Notes: generated from the sequence alone by a model not told the origin. A stretch of DNA of 64,000 nt from Azolla caroliniana (GCA_043228905.1 JBHGNT010000021.1:11532001-11596000), one strand, 5' to 3'; shown: positions 11,574 through 24,640, counted from the first letter of the stretch. Program-made: numbers and translations.

Positions 11574-12713
11574 CTAATTGACTAAGGATTTCAAATTTAT
11601 TTGAGATATACTTGGGCTATTAGTACTATGAATACTATCTGACACTCTATTAGTACTATTAATACTATCAGACACTCCGAAGGGAAGAATTGACTCGGGT
11701 TTAGTACAGGCGACGATTTGATTTACCTGTCTTCTTGGCCTATGGGGACAATTGATGGCGATATGTCCTAGTCCACCGCAATAAAGACATAATCGATTGG
11801 CACGTCGTCGTTGCTTTTCTTCTTCCGATAACGGGCCGCGTCGACGCATGGTATCGATCTCCATCGGTGTCGAAGTATTTGCTTGAGGTATGTCTCGTGC
11901 AAACGGTTTAGCCGCGACTGCGGCGTAAGTGGGCTCTGGCCTAGAGCGTGGTATCTGTAATTGACGTTCTGAACGCCGTTCAAAAAGGCGGTTGTCACAT
12001 CGAACTGCTCGACTGATTGCCTCCGTAAGAGACTTTGGTTCTTCGGGGAAAGTTAGAAGTAGATCTTTGACATCGTTTCGCAAGCCATAGCGAAACTGCT
12101 CCATTAGTGCTTGATCATCCCAGGGTATATCTGAAGCAAGTAGGCGGAAATCCGCCGCGTAGGCAGAGGCTGGACGATCGCCTTGACGCAATCGCCGGAT
12201 CTTGTTGATCGCCGTCCTGATGCTGTCGGTGTCTCCAAAGCAGGCTTTAAACTCACCAATAAAATCTTCAAAGTTATTAAGTAAGGGTGATTGTTTTTCT
12301 AGAAGCGGAGCAAACCATGCCAAGGCTGAGCCGCTAAGTAGCGTGCCTATTAGGCCGACTCGAGATGCATCAGTGGGATATCGGGAAGGATGCATCTGGA
12401 TGACTAAGCGTACCTGATTAAGGAATCCCCGGAATTGCGAACGCGTTCCATCAAATTTCACAGGAAGTCCAATCTTGGGCTCTTTATGAAATCCTTGGGG
12501 ACTGGATCCTTGTTGTTGCAACGCTGCTTCGAGTTGTTGTACCCGTAACGCTAACTCCCCATGTTGTTGCTGCGTTTGTTGTTTTTCCAGAGCGATTTGT
12601 TGCAGATCCCCTATCAGCCGTTGGTTTTCTTGTTCCAGGGCAACAAACTTTTCTTTTAGGCACTGTAGCTCGGAGAAAACGGATTGGTATTCTTGGGCGC
12701 TAACAGTAGCCAT
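11574..12713 (-). CDS. gag: Gypsy Gag (coiled-coil N-terminus, retrotransposon capsid, CCHC knuckle)
   Basis: 379-aa ORF with EPKIGLPVKFDG, LRQG..ASAYAADF, TPMEID and CLYCGGLGHIAINC. Confidence 0.95.
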   Translation of the reverse strand: MATVSAQEYQSVFSELQCLKEKFVALEQENQRLIGDLQQIALEKQQTQQQHGELALRVQQLEAALQQQGSSPQGFHKEPKIGLPVKFDGTRSQFRGFLNQVRLVIQMHPSRYPTDASRVGLIGTLLSGSALAWFAPLLEKQSPLLNNFEDFIGEFKACFGDTDSIRTAINKIRRLRQGDRPASAYAADFRLLASDIPWDDQALMEQFRYGLRNDVKDLLLTFPEEPKSLTEAISRAVRCDNRLFERRSERQLQIPRSRPEPTYAAVAAKPFARDIPQANTSTPMEIDTMRRRGPLSEEEKQRRRANRLCLYCGGLGHIAINCPHRPRRQVNQIVACTKPESILPFGVSDSINSTNRVSDSIHSTNSPSISQINLKSLVN

Positions 12714-12768
12714 AGTATAGGGAAAAGGGTAGGAGGATGAGGGAGAGTGACAAGTAGGCTAGAGGAAA

Positions 12769-12782
12769 AAATTGGTTCAAAC
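12769..12782 (-). promoter_or_regulatory. Non-tRNA primer binding site (self-priming type)
   Basis: GTTTGAACCAATTT follows the 5' LTR with no TGG; 12 nt are complementary to the LTR sequence AAATTGGTTCAA (13004-12993). Confidence 0.8.
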
Positions 12783-13215
12783 TGTTAGGAATAGTACTAA
12801 AACAGAGATGGAATTAGTACTAAGAACAACAGTACTATTAGTACTAAGAGGACGGGACTGCGTAAGATTCCCGAGAGGGGAAGTGAGAAGAGGAGAGAGA
12901 GAGAGATAACGAGAATGAAAGAGATGATGACAGCGGTTATATATATTATGTGAAAAGATAAGTACAAGCGGCTAAGAGGCTTAAGACTGGTGTTGAACCA
13001 ATTTGGTTCAAAACAATGCCTTGTGCCTCCTTTTATAGTGTTTTTAGGAATAATCCTGAAACTTCTAGAATGTTCCAGAGAGATCTGGAATATACATCAA
13101 TTTTCTATGATAAAATATAAATGAAAATAATATCCTACAAAATACAATTCATAATCTAATGGTAAGAGCTCGACCCATGTAGCATAAAGTCATGGGTTCG
13201 AGTCTTGCCATGACA
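12783..13215 (-). repeat. 5' LTR of element A (TATAAAA at 13037-13031)
   Basis: Direct repeat of 7541-7973; TATA lies 33 nt upstream of the putative transcript start at 13004. Confidence 0.98.
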
Positions 13216-16200
13216 CCTGCCACTCTTCGCGTGGAATTGTTCTTCGGACCATTGGCTTCGACGTTGGTCGTGACGGCCGCCCCTTCTCCTTCCTTGGGGT
13301 TTTACGCTGGACGTCTGTGCTGGGTGTCAGGCATAAAACTGTAAACCACTGAGGCATGCGGGCGGCACTCTTGGTAACTCTACTACTAGATGGCTGAGAA
13401 GCCAATCCATCTTCAGTTTTTTCTCGCTTAACACATTGATAATGCTAGTATCATATTGCCAACAAAAATCGGCTTCCCATTTTGCACCCCTTGCAACTGA
13501 TCCCTTAGTGTGATTCCAGTGATCTACCCCCAATCGATTTTTTCCCCTTCGTATGTTGCTATAATGAACCCTGCTTGTTTGGGCATGCAGTAGGAGCGTG
13601 GACTTACACATGCGACTTCTAACAAAAACTTTGCCACTTCTTGAAAAAATTCGTCATTCTCCCCCTGTGTTCGGTAGGCTTTTGCCGATGGAGAGTATTC
13701 CCTGAAATACGATTGCAGAATGTCAACTTTGAGGGTATCCATTCCATTATACCTTTCTCTTTTCAAATTCAAGAATCGATGTACCTATTTATTGGTTATT
13801 TTGTCGATGTTGATTCTCATGATGATGTCTTCGACATGTGGGTGAGGTTCTACGTCTGGTACTCATGGGTACCCTTCTAAGCATTTCAACTGCAGCTATT
13901 GCCATAATCACTTAGACACTTGAATTGGCATTACGTCTATTTCGTCTTCGTAACTAAGGTCATTGTTGTCAGCGCTTGACTGAGAAAGCCCGAATGCTCA
14001 TGTGCTCTATTGCTGTTTATTCCATGCGGTGTTTTGTTCTTGGCGAGTGCTTTGTATAACGACGCTTCACGCTCTATTCACATGTAGACTTCTATGTTTT
14101 TCTATAACAAAGAATGTAGCCAGAGGAGTTTTTGTGGAAAGTTGGGCCATTTTCGAGATACAACGTTATAAATAGAATTTGCTATTATTAGCTCTTTAAT
14201 GACCACCACTCATAATGAATAATAAATCATTAGCATGCCTGTCCATTTATAGTCTAAAATGGAAAGTACCAAGAAGTAATGACGACAAGATTGATTTTTT
14301 TGTTAATTTTCTACCACAATGATTTATTTTTATTTTTATTAAATAACACTAATATTTACAATAATGTCCTCATCACCAACTTACGATGTAGTCGGCGGAC
14401 TACCCGTGTCGGCGCTTTGTTTAAATGGATTTGGCGGGGTCGGTCCTTGACATGGCTTGAGTTGGAGTCCGTTGACCCATTTTGGCAAGATCTCCCCAGC
14501 TAATGTGCCAACTTGATATGTACCATTATTGTTGTCGATGATCTAGTACGGGCCGGTCCATTGAATCTTAGCTTTCCCGGCATTGAACCCATCTTTGTTT
14601 GAAAAACCAATACTAGCTTGCCGACTTCAAACATCTTTTCTTTATTGTGTTTGTATCCTTAGTTCGCCTTTGTTTCTTTTCTAACTGACACATCGCTTGC
14701 AAACCGACTCTCCTCCAGCAACAACAATTGTTCCTTTCTGACTTCTCCTCATCCAGTCGTTCAGTTACTTGTATACTCAATATTGGAATTTGAAATTCAA
14801 TCGGCATAACTACATCGAATCCGAACGCCATTCGGAATGGAGTCGACTTGATCATTGTTTTGTAAGTGGTGCGATAAGCCCTATAAAGAGCACTATGCAG
14901 CTTTTGATCCTATTTTGTTCGATTCACATTGACTATCTTCCTCATAATCATCTACAATGTCTTATGGTTGATTCGGCCAACCCATTGGCTTGTGGATAAT
15001 ACAAAGTACTCCTTTTATGCACAACTGCATAATAAGTTGACAGTTCATGAACAATTTTGTTAACAAAATGGGTACCCTGATCACTTACTAACTTGATTGG
15101 GCAACCGAATCAACACCATATTATTCATAAAGAAAATTCGCTATCCACGCTATTGTATTATCATGAAGCGCTTTGGCTTCGACCCATTTCGTGCAGTAGT
15201 CGGTAGCGACTATGATATACCTATTGCTTGTTCTTGTTGCCGCAAGTTTGAATGATATTTTAGAGGTGAATATGCCGGACTGGTGCCATGGTTTTGTTAA
15301 GTAAATTGTGAATGGCAAATCATACAATGAGTACGCAAACTACATTCCATCGTAGAATGCTCCGTATTGAGACACGTAGTGCATTGCACGGCTCGTCGGA
15401 ATCTTAACTCTTCTTCCACTGCAGGTAAAGACCTGTGTAATGCTGCCATAGTCATAGTGTTATTGCTTTGGGTTCTATCCATTGCTAGTGCTTTATCAAT
15501 CTCTTTCTCTAGTGATTGATTCTTGAAATCAAACAAAGTTTAAAGCTTTTTGGAGTGGCTCACGCAATGCCTTCAAGAATATGCCTTTCAGCTCTTCCTC
15601 TGAAATTGGTCGCACAATGTAGAGATGAAAGATTCTGAAATCGAATGACAAACTGCAGCACTATTTTATGAGGCTCCTAATATGCCACATAAAACTGACT
15701 AATTAGATCTTTCTATGCGATTTGTCGATGAATTAATAGAATGAATTTTGTAGTTAATAGTTCGAAAGATTCGAATGCCCTCGGCCCATTCTGGGCATAC
15801 CAATTCGCCAACGGCCCATTGAGCGATAATACAAACTTGGTAATTTTAGACTTTTCTTCCTCCATAGCCGACAATTGTCATGAAACATGGTTCACCTGCC
15901 ATGTTGCAAGAAAATTGCACACATGCACTTCCACATCGGCTGCATCCCGATACTTTGATCCTCTTCCCAAATGTTGTAAAAATACCTTTGATCGGACTGC
16001 TCCTCATCCGAGTTACTATAAGTTAGATCGAGAATTGCACTCCATTCCCCTTTAGCTTCTTGTTGGATCTGGTTAACAACTTCCCAACTCTCAATAATAC
16101 CACCTTTTGCAAGCCGAGTCTTCGATCTCGTGCATGGTCTTTTGCTGCCTACAATTCGCTCTGGACTAGACGACATCCATTCCTCTTGTTCTCTGCCTAT

Positions 16201-16750
16201 AGTAGATGTAACACGGCGTGCCAAAATATTGTGTTGATTTACCGACAGTCGACTGTTGTATCTGATAGACACAATAAGTTAAATGTTCTATCAAGATGAT
16301 TGTGGTTGGAAATTGGATTGCTATACTCAGAACTTGATATACAAAGAACACTACTTTTATTGCTAAGTACTTGATGATCGACTATTCAGCTTAATATGGT
16401 TAATTAGCAAATGCGTTAATCAGAAGTTCAACATAGACACAGAATAGTTAAGCGTACAATATGATATAGCCAACACAGCAGAGAACTAACTACTAGCTTA
16501 TATTAAACCAAAAATAGAACGATAAAATAAAAATGCGTTTGGTCCCTTTTTATAGGTGATTGAGAGTCTCTCTTCCAAGATTTACTTTGGAAAGAACAAT
16601 AACAAAATTGTTTTAACTAATTCTATTTTTTCTACTTGGAAAAAATCATATTATATTTCCTTCTGTCTTCCGACTCCGACTCCGACTCGTTTCCACACTT
16701 GTCTGACTCCGACCTTCCTATCCTGGGTAGTCGGCCAGCTAACACTAACA
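13216..16750 (-). mobile_element. Old degraded gypsy element(s): gag remnant, integrase and a downstream accessory ORF; host of element A
   Basis: [18 protein letters not shown] (15121-15327); TPFRMAFG (14613-14855); gag-like remnants at 15300-16270; broken ORF at 13220-13900 continuing at 7360-7540. Confidence 0.75.
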
Positions 16751-17860
16751 TTGTAAAGGGTGTCTTCGAGTAAAAAAGAGTTCCAAAGAAGAGAATAAGA
16801 GAGAACTTCCATTGAAGCTTAATTTGTGTCTATCTTCTACCTTCCTCCTCCTTCTTCTTCTTGCATAACTATGTTGTTTGTTGTACACATCTTTCCTTGC
16901 AAGTCCTTATCATAGTTTTCATCTAGCATAGTACAACAAGTGGTATTAGAGAGATCTTGTTGTCTAGTGATGACAAATAGCACAAAAACTAAGAAGAGAA
17001 GTCATCTAGCTGAGAGAAAAAGACAAGGTCAACAACATCTACTTCCAACAAAAAGAATCGCGACACAATCTGACACAATTATGGAAATCCAGAAGTTTGA
17101 CAGGAAGAATTTCACCCTTTGGAAGGAAATGATGTAGCAGGATGTCCTCATCATCCGATGGCAGATTGAAGCCATTCGGCATAGCACTAAGCCTGCTTCA
17201 ATGTCAACAGAAGAATGGCGATCTATGGACGAAATAGCTAGATCGATCAATCGAATGCACCTGGCTAAAAACATCTATTTCAGTATGGCAAAGGAGACAA
17301 CTGCATTCTCTTTGTGGGAGAATCTACAAGCGGTGTATGAGAAGAAATCCTCCTCACCAAAGTTCATATTGATTCAACAGTTATTCAACATGAAGATGAG
17401 AGAGATGGATCCAGCAAGCTCCCACTTCAACACCTTAAGTGGGTGTTATTTGAACTCTCCTCCCAACGGATTAACTTCGAAGGAATAGGTAAAGCCCTTG
17501 CTCTCTTTTCGAGCTTGCTGGCGAGTTGGGAGGTATTCTCCATGACTTTTGTCAACAACAGTTCGAATCTAAATCTAGATGAGACAATGAAACAAGTCCT
17601 CTCTGAGGAAATTCGGTGAAAATCGATGGGACTCACCATTAATGAGTCGGCAGAAGCCCACCATTCGATCAACTTGATCGAACAATCCAATTGATTGAGA
17701 GAACAAGTCAAAAGAATCGGTAAAAACTCCAGTCGACCAAGAAAGAGGACAACAAAGAATAGACGACCAAGTGATTTCTGCACCCATTACAGAAAAATTG
17801 GTCACAATGTTTTGAACTGCTTATCGATTAAAAGAAAGGAGAGGGGTTGACGATTCGAGT
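16750..17860 (+). mobile_element. Degraded copia 5' end (LTR, PBS, gag)
   Basis: TGGTATTAGAG at ~16940; IQKFDRKNFTLWK, LWENLQAVYEKKS, LFNMKM. Confidence 0.8.
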
Positions 17861-17862
17861 GG

Positions 17863-17962
17863 TGTTGAGGAAATCCTTGCATGTTCGCGAAATGAAGCAG
17901 GACCACCGAGGTCCTGGACTGGAAGGAATCAAAGTTTTTAGCAACGTAAGCGAGAAAGTATT

Positions 17963-18004
<42 letters not shown>

Positions 18005-21000
18005 AGATAGAGGTTGAACCCTTGACTTTAGTTTTACGAAACAAGATACATCACCATTAGGATAACTCAGATCTTTGGTTAAAAGTTTCTTTTTTACTTA
18101 CATCATTTGCCTCCCTTACACAAGCCCAACTATAGGCTTTTATAGGTCTCTCCATGCAAAAACCATGGGCTAAAACCACGACCTGAAACCATGGGCTAGA
18201 ACCATGGTTTTGTGCCCACAGTTTCTATATGTTTGCTTCCTACAAAATACTGAATATAAAAAGAAAATATACAAATTTAAAAGTTGTCTCCTATCTTGGA
18301 GGTGCAAGGTTCAAGCCTTGCTTTCACCCCTATTATGTATCCACTTAAATGTTACTAGGCTTTAGTCTTATTTTTATATTTACGATTGAGTGCACATCAC
18401 ACATGAACATGCTTAACTTTACATCTAGCTTTTCTTTTACGATTCTCATTTCAGTCCTATTTACAACATGCTACCATATGTGTGTGGCCTTCACCCCTTT
18501 CACACGTGCACATTGTAGCTTCTCGATTTCGTTCATTGCACACAATTTTCACACCGTTGCCGAAAATCTTTACGACATCCACCCCTACCAAACTGCACGT
18601 CCTCCAGTACGTGCCAAGAAGAGAGAGTGTTAGATTTCGGATACAGTGATCAATCAAATTCCTCCATGTCCTCGTGTACATAACTCAAGTTTGTAGGTTC
18701 TGTCCTACTATCTTCATCGTCAAGGTGATTGAGGTCAGGATCCTCGTCTTGTCTTTTCTTGAAAATCTTTACTCTTTTTCCTGCAATGGGCATGCCCAAC
18801 ATTGATCCATCTAGCTCTGCAAGGTGGTATGTGGCATTGTCGTTAGCACTTATCACTATATACAGTCCGAACCATCTTCTTGCGAACTTCCTTGTTGTAC
18901 TGTGTTGATTGTCAAGGCTGTTGTCATAGACCAATACCCAATCTCCTTCTTCGATCTTCTTGGGATGTTGTCGATGCGTCTTGTTGAACCGAATTTTGTT
19001 CTTCACTCGGGCTGCCTCCATCATCTTTCGTGCTTTTTCTAGACCTTTAGGTCTCCTTTCAAGTTTTCTTATCCGTGCCGCTAATAATTCTTCTCAGCTC
19101 ATCTCATTCTCCTATGGTATCGCTACCCATGAGGCGATCGTCCTTTCGATGGGCATTACCGGCTTTTGTCCATACATAAGCTCCGTTGGCATATACCCTG
19201 TCACTGAACTATGTGTAGTTTCTGTCGGCCCACAAGGCATAGGGCAATAGTCATGGCCAATTCCCGACTCAACCATTGCATGCCCGTATGACGGTTTTGA
19301 CGATTGGTCCATGCCCTCGCGCGATCATCCCATTCGCTTTTGGATTGTAGGCAGTCGTGAGGGAGAGCTTCATGCCTAGTCTTTCAAAGAGCTCTGTTGC
19401 TTCATGTGCATCCAACTATCTTTCCAACACATCCATATCGGTAAACAACCTCTTTGAGTAAAAATTTGCAAACAACCGACGTCATCTTATTTGTCAAGGC
19501 TCGTCCTTCTACTTGATTTGTCAAGTCTTCTCTCACTAGAGCTAAGTCCTTCATTTGTCTCAGTCCCATTGGCATCGAGACCAGATCCACCATCCATTTG
19601 AAGTGTATGGTGAGCGGGTATGTCGGCCATAGCTCATCACGATGACGTATATTCCAATGTACTTGACAAGTTTCGCATGTGGACACGAAATGGAGTACAT
19701 CTTTGTACATGCTTGGTCACCAGTACTTCTCCTTCAACTTTTCGAATGTCGCCCATGTTCCACTATAACATGCCCAAGGACTCTCATGAAATTCGGTCAT
19801 CAACGTCACTTGCTCTTCTTTCTTTACCACCACTCGACGTTGCATTCCTGTCCTTCTTTTTGGGTGACGCCAAAGGAATCCTCCCCTCAAGAAGTATTGG
19901 TAAGCTTTCTTCTGGATTCGTAGAGCCTCCTCCTTCGTCAATGAAGCATCCGTCGTCATTGTTCTTAAGAATCTGCCGATCAGTAACCACTCTCCTTCGT
20001 ACTTGTCCTCGTTGAAGGCGTGTAAGGTTAGCATGCCCTTGTCCCCGATAGTCGAGCCATCTTGAAGAAGTCGAGGGTGATGTCTTCATCATCTGAAACC
20101 ATGTCACCTTCATTCTCAAATCTTTCCCTCAACAGCATGTCAGCCATGGTGTTCTTCTTCCTTGCAATGTGGCAGATCTCTGAGCATAAAGACTTAATAT
20201 AGGCGATCCACCTTAGCATAGCTAGATTTGGGGTCGCACATCCTGAGATCATCCCGAGGATTGGGAGACAATCTGTCTCAATTATCACTTTTGACCCGAT
20301 CAGGTAGTCTTTGTATGTCTTCACTGCCGACACAATACCCCAAAGTTCCCGTTTGACTTGGGTGTATCCTCGTTGTCGTTCGCTGAGAACTTTTGCTCCG
20401 AACCGTATGGCATACCGGACATTATCTTCTCCTTCTTGGTTGATGACCATCCCAATTCCGGTTGGGCTCATATCTACACTCACATAAATTGGCTTCCATT
20501 CGGTATAGTCGGCCTTTCTTAGTGTTGGAGCTTCAAGAAGTAGTTTCTTCAATCTTCGCATCGCGTTTGTGTGCTCGTCTCACCATTCGAACTTCATTCT
20601 TTTCTTTAGCAATCCATATAAAGGCTCGGCGACATGAGCGTAGTGTGGAATCTAGATATGATAAAACGCGCATGCTCCAAGGAACCTTCGAACCTCCGTT
20701 TGGTTTACACATTCTTCTTTCATATCTTGGATCGTGTTCAGCTTGGAACCTTCCGGCCATATGCTCTGCACAAGTGACCTACCACCAAGATCTCTGGTTG
20801 CCCGAATGGGGATTTTTCTCCCGAAAATGTCAAATTCGCATCTTCGAGCTTTTGGAGCACCTTCTCACAATATTTCATATGATTCATGACGAACTTCCTA
20901 CACCCTTCCTTATCTTCCGATTCATATTTCTCCTCATCCGAACATCCTTTTATCGGAATATCATCCAAGAATGGCATTTGTGATGTTTGGGATGTAATCC

Positions 21001-21320
21001 TTCAAGACCTTGTTCATGGCATTCACCATATCAACCACCAAGTTCGTTGGACCTTGAGGCAAGGTACACATCCGCATGAGCCCGATCGGAGTCCTCATGG
21101 TTGTAATGTCACAACTGTCGATCGCCAACTGGAATTGGTCGTATCTAGAGTAGAGATCGCCAATGGAGTAGATGGACCGCCCCGCCCCGCAAACGCTTCA
21201 GCAAATTCGTCCACGCTTGGACCGATTCCAGTATTCTGAATTGTCACCTTGTTGACGGGTTGAAGATCATGGATGAATCGAAATGATCCATTCTTCTTCA
21301 GCACAGTGAACCATGTGTCA
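17863..21320 (-). mobile_element. Degraded gypsy (element C), same lineage as element B: RT, RNase H, integrase, 3' LTR ~17863-18577
   Basis: PFLDDIPIKG, VDMSPTGIG, ETDCLPILG, WMVDLVSMP and RKFARRWFG all parallel element B; LTR begins TGTCGTA at 18577 after purine tract AGGGGTGGA. Confidence 0.9.
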
Positions 21321-22830
21321 GATGTCGACACATGGCTACAAGCCATGAGATCTGAGATGGACTCAATACATATGAACAAGACATGGGAGCTGGTTGAACT
21401 ACCAACTGGAAGGAAGTTGTTGCCTTGCAAATGGGTCTTTTGATACAAATATGTATCTAATTCAGAGAAGCCCAAATACAAAGCTCAGCTTGTTCCAAAG
21501 GGATTCAAACAAGAACATGGGGTCGACTATGACAAGATATTCTCGCCAGTAGTCAAGATGATCACCCTTCGCCTCCTACTTGGAGTTGTGGCAACTGATG
21601 ATCTAGACCTCGAGCAGTTGGACGGCAATACGACATTCCTATATGAAGACTTGGAAGAAAACATCTATATGTCTCAACCGATAGGCTTCACAATGACGGG
21701 GGAGGAAGGTCACCTCGTATGTTGACTAAAGAAAAGCCTTTATGGCTTAAAACAAGCTCCAAGGATGTGGTATTAGAAATTTGATACCCACATTCAGCAG
21801 CTCAACTATCGCCAGTCCGACTCTGACCCTCGTATTCAGCAATTGGTCGATGAGTCCTAGATATATCTAAATCCTATATGTCAACGACATGCTCATTGTA
21901 AGGAGAAATTGAGTAGAGATCGGAGAACTAAAGTGGAGCCTTCATGATAAATTTGCGATGAAGGAACTCGGACAAGCCCAACACATATTGGGCATCAGGA
22001 TCGAGTGAACTTAGATGACTAAGACTACCCGACTTTCCTAATCCAAGTGCATTCGTAAGGTATTGAAGCGCTTCAACATGGAGAACGCAAAGCTAGCATC
22101 GACTCAGCTACCAACGTCCATCAGACTATCAAATAGAGACTCTCCTTCGATAGATGAGGAGAGAAAGATCAATAGAAAGATACCCTACGTATTGGCCGTA
22201 GGGAGTATCATGATGGTGGCGATCCGGCCCGACCTTGCCTATGCCGTAGAGGTTGTCAATCGGTACATGTCAAATCCAGGATGGAAGCATTGGGAGGCCT
22301 TCAAGAACATCATTAGGTATTTATGAGGAACCAAACATGCAAACTGACTTTTGGATCAGCCAATCCAATTGAAGTCGAAGGCTATATCAACTCTGACTAT
22401 GCCGAAAATACGCATAATTAGAAGTCAACATTAGGCTATCTTTTCACCTATGGCAACGGTGCCATATCGTGGACGTCAAAACTTTAAGAGTGCGTGGCCA
22501 TGTCTATCACAGAGGCTGATTACATAGTAGCATCAGAGGCAGCGAGGAAAGCCATTTAGCTGCACCGACTATCAGGTGACTTCTCGGCGACAAGACGAAT
22601 TGACCATCTAGCGCCGACCATCTATTGCAACTCTCAGAGCGTAATACACCTCATTCGAAATCCAGTCTATCGCACGAAGATGAATCCCATTTATGTGCAG
22701 TTTCATTATATTCAGGAGCTCGTAATGTAGAAGAAACTCGAAGTCAAAAAATCGACACTCGAAGCCACTTCCAGATCAACGCTTCAAAACATTGAGGACA
22801 ATGATGGGACTATTACAAGTCACCAAGATG
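21320..22830 (+). mobile_element. Degraded copia RT/RNase H
   Basis: [13 protein letters not shown]-type DNA at ~21725; IPYVLAVGSIM..RPDLAY (22063-22326); many stop codons. Confidence 0.85.
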
Positions 22831-23084
22831 AAAGAAGCCAAATGAACAACAATAATAGAAGGGAAAACAAAGATAGACCCGGTCAGACAAACCAAGAAGG
22901 CAATTTATCCAAAGAATCGGAATACTAAGAGGATGAAGACACAATACTGAGCGAGGATACCGACTGGGGAGAAAATGATCGAAAGGCGTGCAAAGCCAAA
23001 GACAGATGGAAGATCCAGCGAGGAGCTCGAGAACCAGCACAAGTAGAAAGCAGTTCGACTAAAGAACAAAAGTCGGAATCAGAT

Positions 23085-24640
23085 GTTTATCTTGGTCCGG
23101 ACTACCCACAAACAGAGGGTGTTCCCTTTCGGAGCACGTATCCAAAGGGGTGGCCGGAGATATGGATGATGGTTTGATACTTATTCACTTAACACTATCC
23201 AGTAACTTTCCGGAATGTCTCCTGAAATCACACAATTATCCGGGTCTTAATTACACGCGTAAGATTAGGACCAGACGGCAAGTACACAAGACAATAAGAT
23301 TAACAACAACAACACTTAGCACTTGTATTACTTCCATAAAATATACATCAATCCGGATCCTTTTATAGGCATCCGGTTAGAGTTACAAAGCGGTGCCTTT
23401 TGGCTATTGGCTACTAAACTGTTAGTACTCTTCCCTCCTCTATAGTCGTTCGGCTAATCTTCTCTCTCACTCGGCCACTGGGTCGTTCGTCTGCCTAGAC
23501 ATCCATTCCCCATTGTGTTTGTTGAGAAATCGTTTCAGAATTTAAATCACAATGAACAGACAATGCTAAAATACGAATCATAGAAAAAAAACAAGATAAA
23601 CAACTATGCACAAAGATTTACGTGGAAACCCTAAAACGGGAGAAAACCACAGGAATAGATCTTCACTATGGATAGTCGATATACAAGACTGAGAGGGTTA
23701 TAACACTCTGTCGAGTGTATCAGCCACGCAGGGCTCTTCGCGTCTGTTGTTACTCACACAGCTATGGCGCGACACACACTTCTATCTCACACTCACAATT
23801 ATGTTCTCTTCTATTCTACTTCTTAAAGTTTTCCCTAGTTGCATATATACTTACACAAATTTCTGGCTATTTACATACCTAGCCCTCATGGGGCGCACAT
23901 TCAGACTATTTACAAGTATAGTCTCTTGTATTGGCTATATACACAATTCTAGTTTCGGCCTCGGCTGAGTCCCTCATCAACTCGGCTCCTCTCTCTCCCC
24001 ATCCAGAGTGACTTGTTTCCTAACATCATCATTATTATTACCATAATAATAATAACAGTCGAATCATTGTTTTCGACTCTTCGACAATCGGCTCTTCCTC
24101 CCACTGGAGGGACATATTCCCAACACATTGTTCACTACTCTATGTAGGAATCGTAGTCGCCAAAACTGTGTTAATCCCGGGCTGGACTTAGCCGCAAACA
24201 CAAGGTGTCTGTACCAGGACACCTCTCTAAAGGAGTGGTTAGGATATGGATGTTATCCGGTGTTTATCTGATTCTAATCTGACTATTTCAGGATCTCTTC
24301 CGGATTACTTAATACTCAACCATTTACTTCTAACATGCGTAAGATTAATAGTTAAGCACACAATGGACAATAGAAATAAGAACCAAAACACACTAATCTC
24401 TTATTACTTCCATTAATCATTTACATTGATTCTGGATCCTTTTATAGGCCTCCAGTAGGGATTATAAAACGATGCCTTACTGGCTACCGGCTATCAATCG
24501 GTGCGGATCCGGATCGGTACAACTATCCGGATCCGTCCGTTCCTATAATATTAACTAATAATTATGCTACTAATTATATTACTATACTCTGAGTCGTCCC
24601 CGTCCACATTACTCGTCCGAAACATACTCTAGGCCAACAC
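23085..24640 (-). repeat. Cluster of solo or truncated LTRs from two families
   Basis: 23085-23500 resembles 24170-24638 and 52130-52404 (shared ATCCGGATCCTTTTATAGGC core); 23520-24025 has the TTTACGTGGAAACCC..GGGAGAAAACCAC motif also seen at ~34630, ~56825 and ~61030. Confidence 0.7.

Larger units (their letters stand above)
7541..13215 (-). mobile_element. Full-length young Ty3/gypsy chromovirus, Tcn1/Tf1-like (element A)
   Basis: Two 433-bp LTRs with TG..CA ends, identical by eye; 5-bp TSD CCTGC (7536-7540 and 13216-13220); PPT AAGGGGGAGATAG at 7974-7986; gag plus an uninterrupted pol with chromodomain. Confidence 0.98.
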
